A stretch of DNA of 64,000 nucleotides, taken from contig CAVQRZ010000001.1 in NCBI GenBank assembly GCA_963715335.1, positions 322,164-386,163 of the forward strand, read 5' to 3'. Of the stretch, positions 22,046 to 30,366 are shown in pieces. The notes beneath the pieces were generated by a model that saw only the letters and a program-made list of their open reading frames with translations, was not told where the DNA came from and did not search any database. Source of the stretch: an uncultured delta proteobacterium. GTDB lineage: Bacteria > Desulfobacterota > Desulfuromonadia > Desulfuromonadales > BM103. Position numbers and translations under genes: made by a program. Position 1 is the first letter of the stretch. Each line of letters begins with the position of its first letter.

Positions 22046-22504
22046 CTAGGGATTGATGGCAGAGGTACAGTTTGGGCAGCGGGTTGCTTGCAATGAAATG
22101 GTCGAGCAACAGAACGGGCAAGCGTGGGTTGTTGGCTCTTCTGCAGGGGTCTCCTGCTGACGCTTAAGCTTGTTTATATTCTTTATCAGCAGGAAGACAG
22201 CAAAAGCAACGATCACAAAACTGATCACTGAATTGAGAAAAAGGCCATAATTGATCGTCACAGCGCCAGCAGACTGGGCCTCTGCAAGGGTAGCAAAAGG
22301 GCCTGGCGCGCTGCCGCTGCTGAGCACCAGAAAGAGTTGCGAAAAGTCAACATTACCAAGCAGAAGTCCAATCGGCGGCATGATCACATCGGCCACCAAC
22401 GATTTGACAATTGTGCCAAACGCTCCACCGATAATGATGCCCACCGCCATATCAACCACATTCCCCTTTACGGCAAAATCTTTGAACTCCTTGAGCATTG
22501 ACAT
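22046..22504 (-). CDS. mscL: Large-conductance mechanosensitive channel with C-terminal zinc ribbon
   Basis: [35 protein letters not shown]; tail CPFC...CPNC. Confidence 0.95.
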   Translation of the reverse strand: MSMLKEFKDFAVKGNVVDMAVGIIIGGAFGTIVKSLVADVIMPPIGLLLGNVDFSQLFLVLSSGSAPGPFATLAEAQSAGAVTINYGLFLNSVISFVIVAFAVFLLIKNINKLKRQQETPAEEPTTHACPFCCSTISLQATRCPNCTSAINP

Positions 22505-22709
22505 AGAAAAAATCCTTTCTGTTGAGGAAAGCGGTCTCATTGTGCAAACAGAGCCCCCTCCGTTTAATCCATAATTGGGAGCAATTATATCATTTCAACA
22601 AGGATATCAAGCTTAATGCTGATCTTTTTGAATCCCCTACGCACAAAGACCCGCCGCTTTACAGCGGAAGGGCTTTTAACGTTTTAAGAGGGGTTTAAAA
22701 GAGAAGATT

Positions 22710-22730
22710 TGGCGTCCCCAGGGAGATTCG
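22710..22730 (-). repeat. Direct repeat of the tRNA-Glu 3' end (tRNA-linked repeat or att-like remnant)
   Basis: TGGCGTCCCCAGGGAGATTCG matches 20 of 21 bases at 22880-22900. Confidence 0.85.
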
Positions 22731-22879
22731 CCCACTACGTCGATCGCTAAAGCGCTCTCTCCTGCGTCGGCTCCCCTCCGCTCACTCCTCCTGCCACTGG
22801 CAGCGTTCGCTCCGCTTCTCATCCCCCTACCACGGAGACACAAAAAAACCCCGCCGCGAAAGCGACGGGGTCTAATTGT

Positions 22880-22957
22880 TGGCGTCCCCAGGGGGATTCG
22901 AACCCCCGTCGCCGGCGTGAAAGGCCGGTGTCCTGGGCCAGGCTAGACGATAGGGAC
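22880..22957 (-). tRNA. tRNA-Glu (TTC)
   Basis: Cloverleaf GTCCCTA...TGGGGAC-G-CCA, anticodon loop CTTTCAC, GTTCGAATC T-loop. Confidence 0.97.
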
Positions 22958-23012
22958 TCGATATCTTGAGTACCTAGCAGGAAAAGGTCCTGCGATGTAC
23001 GCCGTTTGAAAA

Positions 23013-23088
23013 TGGTGTGCCGCGTAGGGATCGAACCTACGACCATCTGATTAAAAGTCAGATGCTCTACCTACTGAGCTAGCGGCAC
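23013..23088 (-). tRNA. tRNA-Lys (TTT)
   Basis: GTGCCGC acceptor stem, anticodon loop CTTTTAA, GTTCGATCC, encoded CCA. Confidence 0.97.
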
Positions 23089-23099
23089 ACAGAACGCGT

Positions 23100-23129
23100 C
23101 TTATAAACTGACCAGGACTTGATTGTCAA
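23100..23129 (-). promoter_or_regulatory. Sigma70-type promoter of the tRNA-Lys/Glu pair
   Basis: TTGACA, 17-18 nt spacer, (T)TATAAG, then a GC-rich discriminator just before tRNA-Lys. Confidence 0.6.
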
Positions 23130-23162
23130 CCCTTTTTTCCAAGGGGTTTCTTTCCCTTCGGC

Positions 23163-24032
23163 TTACTGGGCATGCAGTTTCTGCTTGGCTTTAGCGGCCT
23201 CGTCAGAGAGCGGGAACCGCTCAATCACCCGTTGCAGCAGGAGCTTGGCGGTCGCATGGTCACCGGTGGACTCAAAGGCTAGTGCCTGTTTGAGCATGGC
23301 CGAGGCAACCTTTGGGTGATCACCGTACTTCTGGATGATCTCTTCGAACTTCAGGATTGCCTGTTCGTAGTTCTTTTCCGCGTAGTAGGTTTCACCGACC
23401 CAGTAGGCAGCATTCACCGCCAGTTCGTGATCCGGATAGCGCTTGAGGAATGTCTCCATCAGTTCGCGCCCGGCAGCGAAGCCCTGATTTTCACGTATCG
23501 TTTTCAGGGCCCGGTCGTATAGTTCCGGGGCGCTTTCTCCGGTCGGGGTGGGCGTCGTCGTTGCGACAGGAACCGTCGGCCTGGTAGCCGGCGGCGTATC
23601 GACGCCTGGGGACGGCGGAGTCCACGACGGTGCGGGCACAGCAACCTTGATGCCGGCTTCAAGTTGCGCCAGACGCTTCTCATGGTCGGCAACCTGCAGG
23701 TTCAACTCGTCCCGCAGCAGGGACAGATCCTGACGCAAATCATCGTTGATCCGTTCCTGGTCACTAGTGCGCCCCTGCATCGACTGCAGGTCAACCCGCA
23801 CACCGTCGAGTCCGGCCTGAAAATCAGCCTGGTTGCTCGCCAGCGTTTCGACATGGGCCCGGACGCCACCCGCGCTGTCATCCTGCAGTTCCTTGACCGC
23901 CCGTTCGGCTTCGCCGAGGCGGCGCTTCATTTCCAGAAGGTCGCGCTGCATCTGCAGATCCTGCTGTGTCACCACGCAACCACTCAGCAAGAGGCCGGCA
24001 AACAAAAGGGCCAGGCTACGAACTTGCAACAT
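23163..24032 (-). CDS. cpoB: Tol-Pal system protein CpoB/YbgF (lipobox-type signal)
   Basis: Coiled-coil N-terminus, TPR C-terminus (NAAYWVGETYY), directly after pal; LLSGC. Confidence 0.9.
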   Translation of the reverse strand: MLQVRSLALLFAGLLLSGCVVTQQDLQMQRDLLEMKRRLGEAERAVKELQDDSAGGVRAHVETLASNQADFQAGLDGVRVDLQSMQGRTSDQERINDDLRQDLSLLRDELNLQVADHEKRLAQLEAGIKVAVPAPSWTPPSPGVDTPPATRPTVPVATTTPTPTGESAPELYDRALKTIRENQGFAAGRELMETFLKRYPDHELAVNAAYWVGETYYAEKNYEQAILKFEEIIQKYGDHPKVASAMLKQALAFESTGDHATAKLLLQRVIERFPLSDEAAKAKQKLHAQ

Positions 24033-24073
24033 CAAAATGCTCCCTGATCGACGCATTAGGCGTCGTTACGTAT

Positions 24074-24607
24074 TTAGTGAACGGCCTTGAATTCAGCGCG
24101 ACGATTTTTTGCCCATGCGTCCTCGTTGGCGCCCATGACGGCAGGCTTCTCTTCACCGTAGGAGATGACGGAAAGCTGCTTGGCGCTGACCCCGAGAGAG
24201 ACCAGGTAGTTCTTGGCGGCCAGGGCGCGGCTTTCGCCGAGAGCCAGGTTGTATTCATCGGAACCACGTTCGTCGCAGTGACCTTCGACGACCACCTGGG
24301 TGCCGCTGTTGGCCTTCAGGTACGTGGCGTGGTCAGCAAGGGTCTTGCGCGCTTCGGCAGACAGGGTGAACTGATCGAAGTCGAAATAGATGTTTTGCAT
24401 GTTGGCCATGGGAGCATGGGTTGGGATTGCCTCTCCCTTCATGGTCTCTTCAGCAGCGGCAGGAGCAGCTTTGACATCAGCCTGCTGGCTCATGTCGGAC
24501 TGACCGACCGCGTCCTGTGTGGGTGGCGGGGTCGTTGAGCAGCCGATTATACCACTGACGAGAAACAGAACGACGAGGGAAACTTTAATAATTTGGGTTG
24601 CTTTCAT
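24074..24607 (-). CDS. pal: Peptidoglycan-associated lipoprotein
   Basis: IYFDFD, EGHCDERGSDEYNLALGESRA, SYGEEKP, KNRRAEF. Confidence 0.96.
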   Translation of the reverse strand: MKATQIIKVSLVVLFLVSGIIGCSTTPPPTQDAVGQSDMSQQADVKAAPAAAEETMKGEAIPTHAPMANMQNIYFDFDQFTLSAEARKTLADHATYLKANSGTQVVVEGHCDERGSDEYNLALGESRALAAKNYLVSLGVSAKQLSVISYGEEKPAVMGANEDAWAKNRRAEFKAVH

Positions 24608-24666
24608 TTGTACACTCCTTAGCTGGACAGGGTTCATAGCATCTCAAACACGGCGTGAGAGGAGGC

Positions 24667-24695
24667 ATTATAGCGGTCTGTTGCAGAAATAACAA
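24667..24695 (-). promoter_or_regulatory. Internal sigma70 promoter for pal-cpoB
   Basis: TTGTTA-N17-TATAAT in the tolB-pal spacer. Confidence 0.6.
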
Positions 24696-24702
24696 CTATC
24701 TC

Positions 24703-26001
24703 TTACCAGCGCGGCGACCAGGCTGGATGGCGGCTGTCGCTTTCCAGGCTTGTCAATCTGCGGGAACCGGTGCCGTCGGCCCGCATGACATAGATCGCCC
24801 GTTTGCCACCCTTGTCCCATGAGTAGACGATAAAGCGCCCGTCGGGGCTCCAGCGCGGGTGCTCGCTGTTGCCGGGACCGAAGGTCAGGCGGCGCTCGTC
24901 AGTTCCGTCGCTTTTGATGGTATAGATATCAAAGCGACCGCCTTCCTGGCGCGTGAAGGTGATGCGGTCATCCTTCGGGCTCCAGGCCGGGGTCGCATTG
25001 TACTTGCCGTTAGTGGTCAGGCGGACCGTCTTGCCGGTAAAGATGTCAGCAATGAAAATATGCGGGTTGCCCTGGCGGTTCGAGACAAAGGTGATCTTGC
25101 CACCATCAGGGCTCCAGGCGGGATCGCTGTCAATGCCCCAATTGTCGGTAATGCGTTTCCGAATCTGGCCACTGGTGCTGATCAGGTAGATTTCCGGGTT
25201 GCCATCCTTGGAAAGGGTCAGGGCGACCTCCCGCTCGTCCGGCGACATGCGGCCGGCGACGTTGAGCCCCGGTTTGTAGGAGAGCTTTGCTTCCTTGCCC
25301 GTATAGATCTCCTTGCGGTAGAGATCCGGGTTGTTGGCCCGGTAGGAAGTGAACAGGATCTCTTTGCCGCGCGGCGAGAAATCGGGGTTGAGCACGATTG
25401 AGCGGTGGTTGGTGAGGCGCAACGGTCGTTTGCCGTCGACGTCCATCAGCCAGAGCTCCTTGTCGCCAGACTGGTCGGAAACATATGCGATCCGCGAACT
25501 GAACGGGCCCTCCTCGCCGGTCAGTTCCTTGAGAACCAGGTCGGCAAAGGCGTGAGCCATGCGCCGGACATCTTTCGTTTGCCCGACATAGCGGCGACCG
25601 GTTAGCAGACGGCGGTTGACCACATCAAAAAGCCGCCCTTCGATCACCAGGTCGTCACCTTCAAGACGATAGGTGCCCTTGATCAGCGTTTCAGAACCGA
25701 GCAGCCGCCACTGGGGGAAATTGACCTGGTTGCTGAACAAACCGATGCGGCCGGCGTCATCAAGAAAAGACTGCGGGTCAACAAAACGAAACAGCCCGGA
25801 AAGATCCAGATCGGCAACCAGAACCTCGTTAAACTCGTCCGCGATCCGCTCCGACCGGGCGCCCTGGTCGGGGAGAAGTTTTGTCAACCCGAGCGGAATC
25901 GACTGCTCGCCTGGCGAGGATATCTCGATCTCCGTTGCAGCCTGTGCCGTTTGGGGCAGGACCAGGCAGAGCAATACAGCGACCAGCCAACGCAACAACA
26001 T
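24703..26001 (-). CDS. tolB: Tol-Pal beta-propeller protein TolB
   Basis: TolB N-domain, RIAYV, repeated PxWSPDG (PD40) motifs. Confidence 0.95.
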   Translation of the reverse strand: MLLRWLVAVLLCLVLPQTAQAATEIEISSPGEQSIPLGLTKLLPDQGARSERIADEFNEVLVADLDLSGLFRFVDPQSFLDDAGRIGLFSNQVNFPQWRLLGSETLIKGTYRLEGDDLVIEGRLFDVVNRRLLTGRRYVGQTKDVRRMAHAFADLVLKELTGEEGPFSSRIAYVSDQSGDKELWLMDVDGKRPLRLTNHRSIVLNPDFSPRGKEILFTSYRANNPDLYRKEIYTGKEAKLSYKPGLNVAGRMSPDEREVALTLSKDGNPEIYLISTSGQIRKRITDNWGIDSDPAWSPDGGKITFVSNRQGNPHIFIADIFTGKTVRLTTNGKYNATPAWSPKDDRITFTRQEGGRFDIYTIKSDGTDERRLTFGPGNSEHPRWSPDGRFIVYSWDKGGKRAIYVMRADGTGSRRLTSLESDSRHPAWSPRW

Positions 26002-26004
26002 CTT

Positions 26005-26862
26005 TTATCTCCTTGTCGCAGCCATGTCCTTGAGGTTGAAAATCACCACCAGCTCAAGATCTTTCGGCAGAGGCTGCGGCAGCTGCTGCGATTTGATAAT
26101 GGCTTTTTTCAATGAGTCGTCGAACTGCGGGTTCCCTGAAGGGTTTTCGATACGAAAACTCTTGAGCCGACCGTCTGCTGCATAGACCAATTTGGCTTTT
26201 GCCTCGATATTGGCGAGACGCGATTGGTCAAGCAAGTAGGGCGAGAGAGCCCAATTCTGCTGAATAAAGGCCTGGACAAAAGCCAATGCGCCGACGCCGA
26301 CCTCGTTCCCTGTGCCGTCCGGCATGCCGATCGGCACATCGGCTGGGACTGTCGCGGCGGCCCCGACCGTTTCCCGCAGCTGGGCTATCTTGTCTTTCAG
26401 GGTGTCGCGTTCCGCTTCCCGGGCCTGGCGCTGGCGAATCTCGTCGATGGCGCTCTGCACTTTCTTTTCCTCGCGCCGTTCCGGTTGCGGGACCGGTTTC
26501 GCCGGGGGCGGTTTGACCAGCGGCTTGACCGGCGGCTTGGCCGGCGGCTTAGTCAGCGGCTTGACCTCTGGTTTGGCCACTGTCTTCGGGGCAATCGGGG
26601 TCGTCACGGATTTTTGCACAGGCGCTGCCTGCGGTTTTTCGCTCGGCCGCGGATCGGGACGCCCAGCCTGCGGGTTGAGAACCGGCTTGTGGATCAGGTC
26701 GACATAGTAGACCGGCGGTTTCGGGCGGGAGCTCCTGCCGAACCAGTCGCCGACGAATGCGGCCCAGATCAGGCCGTGGATAACCAGCGAGACCAGCAAC
26801 AGGCGGCCGAACTTCGGATCTTTGTGAAAGTCATTGACCTGGCGTATTGGGGCGACAGACAT
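26005..26862 (-). CDS. tolA: TolA/TonB-like energy transducer
   Basis: SxxxH TM helix, Pro/Lys-rich linker, SGNPQFD C-domain; between tolR and tolB. Confidence 0.85.
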   Translation of the reverse strand: MSVAPIRQVNDFHKDPKFGRLLLVSLVIHGLIWAAFVGDWFGRSSRPKPPVYYVDLIHKPVLNPQAGRPDPRPSEKPQAAPVQKSVTTPIAPKTVAKPEVKPLTKPPAKPPVKPLVKPPPAKPVPQPERREEKKVQSAIDEIRQRQAREAERDTLKDKIAQLRETVGAAATVPADVPIGMPDGTGNEVGVGALAFVQAFIQQNWALSPYLLDQSRLANIEAKAKLVYAADGRLKSFRIENPSGNPQFDDSLKKAIIKSQQLPQPLPKDLELVVIFNLKDMAATRR

Positions 26863-26874
26863 CGGGCGGCTCGT

Positions 26875-27297
26875 TTACTTTTCCGGCTCCTGGGCAACCA
26901 TGCCGAGCTTGGAGACCCCGGCCCGCTTGATCGCCGCCATAACCTGGACCACCTTGCCGTAGGCAACCGCCTTGTCCGCCTCGAGATAGACCGTCTTCTC
27001 TTCCCGTTCGCTCAAGACCTGCTGCAGGACCGGCGTCAGTTTGTCGGCGTTCTCGACGACATTATTGCCGACCATGATCACCCCCTTGCGGTTCACGGTA
27101 ATGATCAACGGCTCCTTGGCAACGGCCAGGTTCGGCGCATTCTCCACCTCCGGCAGGGCCACATCGACACCCTTCTCCATCATCGGCGCGGTGACCATGA
27201 AGATAATCAGCAGGACCAGCATGACATCGACAAAAGGAGTCACATTGATCTGCGCCAGAACCGTGCGGCGGCGGGAGGTGTGCTGACCGACCTCCAT
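26875..27297 (-). CDS. tolR: TolR
   Basis: INVTPFVDVMLVLLIIFMVTAP. Confidence 0.95.
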   Translation of the reverse strand: MEVGQHTSRRRTVLAQINVTPFVDVMLVLLIIFMVTAPMMEKGVDVALPEVENAPNLAVAKEPLIITVNRKGVIMVGNNVVENADKLTPVLQQVLSEREEKTVYLEADKAVAYGKVVQVMAAIKRAGVSKLGMVAQEPEK

Positions 27298-27298
27298 C

Positions 27299-27970
27299 TC
27301 AGTTGCCTCGACTCATGCGCTGGACGATATTCAGCATTTCCTGGCTGAAGTTATCCATTTCGCCGGTCAGAATATTGATCTTGTTGACAAAATGATTGTA
27401 GCCGATGACGGCGGGGATTGCCGCCACCAGGCCGATTGCAGTGGCGACCAGCGCTTCGGAGATTCCCGGTGCGACCACGGCGAGAGAAGCGCTACCGCTG
27501 GTGCCGATGCCGTGGAAGGCATCCATGATTCCCCAGACCGTGCCGAACAGGCCGATAAACGGCGCCGCTGATCCGGTGGTGGCAAGAAAGGACAGGTATT
27601 TTTCCAGCCGCTGGCTTTCCGATGTCGTCGAACGCCGCAGGACGCGGGCGACCCGTTCCTGCTCGCCGAGGTCCGCCACGAGGTTGTCGTCGACCTGACC
27701 GTCAACCTGTCGCCGGCTCTGGGCCAGTTCCCTGTAAACTTCACGAAACAGGACCGTCAGCGGCGAATGGCGGAAATCCTCGAGGCCTTTACCGATGGCG
27801 TCGAACCGTTTTTTCGACCAGAAGAACTCGAGGAAGCGGTCCGAGTCACGGATCGCGCGGAGGACCACTACCTGCTTGTAAAAGATAATGGCCCATGAGA
27901 CCACGGAAAAATAGACCAGAATCAACAGGACCAGTTTGACGACGGGCCCCGCATTGAGCACCAGTTCCAA
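27299..27970 (-). CDS. tolQ: TolQ (TTG start)
   Basis: PFIGLFGTVWGIM and APGISEALVATAIGL. Confidence 0.95.
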   Translation of the reverse strand: MELVLNAGPVVKLVLLILVYFSVVSWAIIFYKQVVVLRAIRDSDRFLEFFWSKKRFDAIGKGLEDFRHSPLTVLFREVYRELAQSRRQVDGQVDDNLVADLGEQERVARVLRRSTTSESQRLEKYLSFLATTGSAAPFIGLFGTVWGIMDAFHGIGTSGSASLAVVAPGISEALVATAIGLVAAIPAVIGYNHFVNKINILTGEMDNFSQEMLNIVQRMSRGN

Positions 27971-28063
27971 GACAATTCTCCTTTGTTCAACAGTGTTGTC
28001 GCCTGATTATCAGACAGCATGGACAGCAAGTCAACCGGGCAAGCGCGTAAAGTTCAATATGCA

Positions 28064-28768
28064 TCAGAGCAGCTTCGAGAGTTCGCCGACGATATGCCGG
28101 GCGGTCAACGACCCCGGGGAGCGCTCGACCAGCCGCTGCAGGTCTGCCAACTCATCAAGATCGTCCCAACCCGCGGTTTCATGGTAACTCAAGCCGAGCT
28201 CACGGCAACGACGGCGCGTCGCCTCGAGCACTGCCGAGGTACTCCAGGGAATATCTTGAAAAACTTGCGGCGTCGGTTGCCGCACTCCAATGATCGCATA
28301 GCCCCCATCCCGGCAAGGCACGGTGGCGACATCCGTTCGGGCCAGATGATCGATCACCTCTTCAACCAGCTCAAACGGCAGATCCGGGCTGTCAGAGCCC
28401 GCCAGCAGCACCGGCCCGCCGCCGGCGGCAAACAGCGCCTGTACGGCATTGGTCATGCGGGTACCGAGCCCCTCGCCAGCCTGGGCAAACAGTGGCAGTC
28501 CGGGAAAGGCTCCCTGGAACCAGCGCCGCTTTCCGACATAGCAGATCGCGATCGTCTCGCCCGAATGCAACAATCTCGAAACCGACTCCTGCAAGGCGAT
28601 CCTGTAGAGCTCACAGGCCTGTTTCGGTGACAGCGGTGGCGTCAGACGTGTCTTGACCTGCCCGGCAATCGGCTGCTTGGCAAACAGGCCGATGACCGGG
28701 CCAAATTGATTAAAAATGTGGCGGTTTGCAGAGTTGTCCACCTTGTCCACAAAGTTATCCACGACCAT
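28064..28768 (-). CDS. DUF2064/TIGR04282-like glycosyl/nucleotidyltransferase-fold protein; start uncertain
   Basis: FAKQPIAGQVKTRL, QAGEGLGTRM, GSDSPDLP, DGGY, IPWST, DLDELADL. Confidence 0.82.
   Translation of the reverse strand: MVVDNFVDKVDNSANRHIFNQFGPVIGLFAKQPIAGQVKTRLTPPLSPKQACELYRIALQESVSRLLHSGETIAICYVGKRRWFQGAFPGLPLFAQAGEGLGTRMTNAVQALFAAGGGPVLLAGSDSPDLPFELVEEVIDHLARTDVATVPCRDGGYAIIGVRQPTPQVFQDIPWSTSAVLEATRRRCRELGLSYHETAGWDDLDELADLQRLVERSPGSLTARHIVGELSKLL
28734..28763 (+). promoter_or_regulatory. Triad of DnaA-box-like 9-mers (cluster B)
   Basis: TTGTCCACC TTGTCCACA aag TTATCCACG; homologous to 35923-35952. Confidence 0.6.
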
Positions 28769-29609
28769 CAAAGAGCGGGCCTTCAACCATGGCGTACGCC
28801 GAGTGGTTGTGGATCGATTCGAAATTCTCGCAGGCGACACGAAACCAGGTGATCTCCGGAACCTCGAGCAGGCGCTGGGTCACAGCCCGCACCACGTCCT
28901 CAACGAACATCGGGTTGTCATACGCCTGTTCAGTCAGGGCCTTTTCGTCTTCCCGTTTGAGCAGGGCAAAGACCGGGGCGCTGCCGCACGCCTCGATCCA
29001 GGCGATCAGGTCTTCGAGCCAGATATGATCGGAATAGCGGATCTCGACGGTGACGGCGCTACGCTGGTTGTGGGCGCCGCGGGCGCTGATTTCCTTCGAA
29101 CAGGGACAGAGCGAAGTCATCGGCACGGTCACGCCCAGCATGAAATTGTAGTCTTCGTCGAGGCTGCCGACCATGCGACACTGGTATTCCATCAGACTTC
29201 GGGCTCCTGAGACCGGGGCCTGTTTCTCGATAAAGTAGGGAAACTCCAGTTCCAGGTGTGCAGAGCTCGCTTCGAGATGTTCCTTCATGTTACGCAGCAT
29301 CGCGTCCATACGCTCGATACTGATCTCACCGTGATACTGGTTGAGAATCTCGATGAAGCGACTCATGTGCGTGCCCTTGAAGTGGTGAGGCAGGTCGACG
29401 TACATGTTGATCCGCGCCACCGTCTGCTGCCGGTCCTTGCTCTTGTCGAGGACCACGATCGGGTAGCGGATGTCCTTGACGCCGACCTTGTTGATCGCAA
29501 TGTTGCGATCATCCCGCAATTTCTGCATGTCGGGCATGTCGACAGCAAAGCTGTCGGAGGTCTGTGAGGTGCGAGGTGCGAGGTGTGAAGATTCTTTTTT
29601 CTCGGTCAT
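28755..29609 (-). CDS. folE2: GTP cyclohydrolase IB; conserved part starts at MPDMQ
   Basis: KGTHMSRF, TSLCPCSKEIS, GAHNQRS, ESIHNHSAYA. Confidence 0.95.
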   Translation of the reverse strand: MTEKKESSHLAPRTSQTSDSFAVDMPDMQKLRDDRNIAINKVGVKDIRYPIVVLDKSKDRQQTVARINMYVDLPHHFKGTHMSRFIEILNQYHGEISIERMDAMLRNMKEHLEASSAHLELEFPYFIEKQAPVSGARSLMEYQCRMVGSLDEDYNFMLGVTVPMTSLCPCSKEISARGAHNQRSAVTVEIRYSDHIWLEDLIAWIEACGSAPVFALLKREDEKALTEQAYDNPMFVEDVVRAVTQRLLEVPEITWFRVACENFESIHNHSAYAMVEGPLFDGRG

Positions 29610-29669
29610 AATTTTTTTCTCTATGGTTTGGGTTTTTCGCGCCTCTCACTTCGCGCTTCGCGGCTCGTA
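29564..29669. repeat. Heptamer-unit inverted-repeat hairpin (queC-folE2 junction)
   Basis: GTGAGGT GCGAGGT GCGAGGT GTGAAG / TTCGCGC CTCTCAC TTCGCGC TTCGCGG. Confidence 0.8.
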
Positions 29670-30338
29670 TTCTATCGGATCCTCGATCCCCGCTTCGCTG
29701 AAGCCTTTCAGGCGCAGCAGGCAGGAATCACATCGCCCACAGGCGACCCCGGCCGGGGTCGGATCATAGCAGGAGTGGGTCAGTCGGTAGTCAACGCCGA
29801 GAGCCAGTCCGGTGCGGATAATTTCTGCCTTGCTGAGCTGGATCAGCGGGGTACGGATCGTGTAAGGTTTGTCGCCCTCGACTCCTGCCTTGGTCGCCAG
29901 GTTGGCCATGTTTTCAAAAGCGCTGATAAATTCCGGTCGGCAGTCGGGATAGCCAGAATAATCGAGGGCATTGACGCCGATGTAGATATCCTGGGCGCCG
30001 AGGACTTCCGCCCAGCCCAGGGCAAAGCTCAGAAAAATTGTATTGCGGGCCGGCACGTAGGTGATCGGGATCACCCCCTCCGCCAACTGGTCTTTCGGCA
30101 CCTCAAGGTCTGCGGTCAGGGCACTGCCCCCGAATTGCCGCAGGTCGACCGCCACCACCAGGTGGTCCACCGCACCGATCCGGGGCGCGTATACGCGGGC
30201 CTTTTCGAGCTCGACAGAATGGCGCTGGCCATAGGCAAAACTCATCGCATAGGGCGCAAAACCCTCGGCCTTTGCGATCGCCATACAGGTCGTCGAATCC
30301 AGCCCGCCGCTATAGAGAACCACTGCCTTCTTGTTCAT
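29646..30338 (-). CDS. queC: 7-cyano-7-deazaguanine synthase
   Basis: [29 protein letters not shown]. Confidence 0.97.
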   Translation of the reverse strand: MNKKAVVLYSGGLDSTTCMAIAKAEGFAPYAMSFAYGQRHSVELEKARVYAPRIGAVDHLVVAVDLRQFGGSALTADLEVPKDQLAEGVIPITYVPARNTIFLSFALGWAEVLGAQDIYIGVNALDYSGYPDCRPEFISAFENMANLATKAGVEGDKPYTIRTPLIQLSKAEIIRTGLALGVDYRLTHSCYDPTPAGVACGRCDSCLLRLKGFSEAGIEDPIEYEPRSAK

Positions 30339-30366
30339 TTAAGACTCCAGCCACCAGCCTCTGCTT

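Noticed and set aside
22700..22960. Prophage or genomic island at tRNA-Glu
   Set aside because: The duplicated 3' end is only 170 bp away and there is no integrase or phage gene; kept only as a tRNA-linked repeat.
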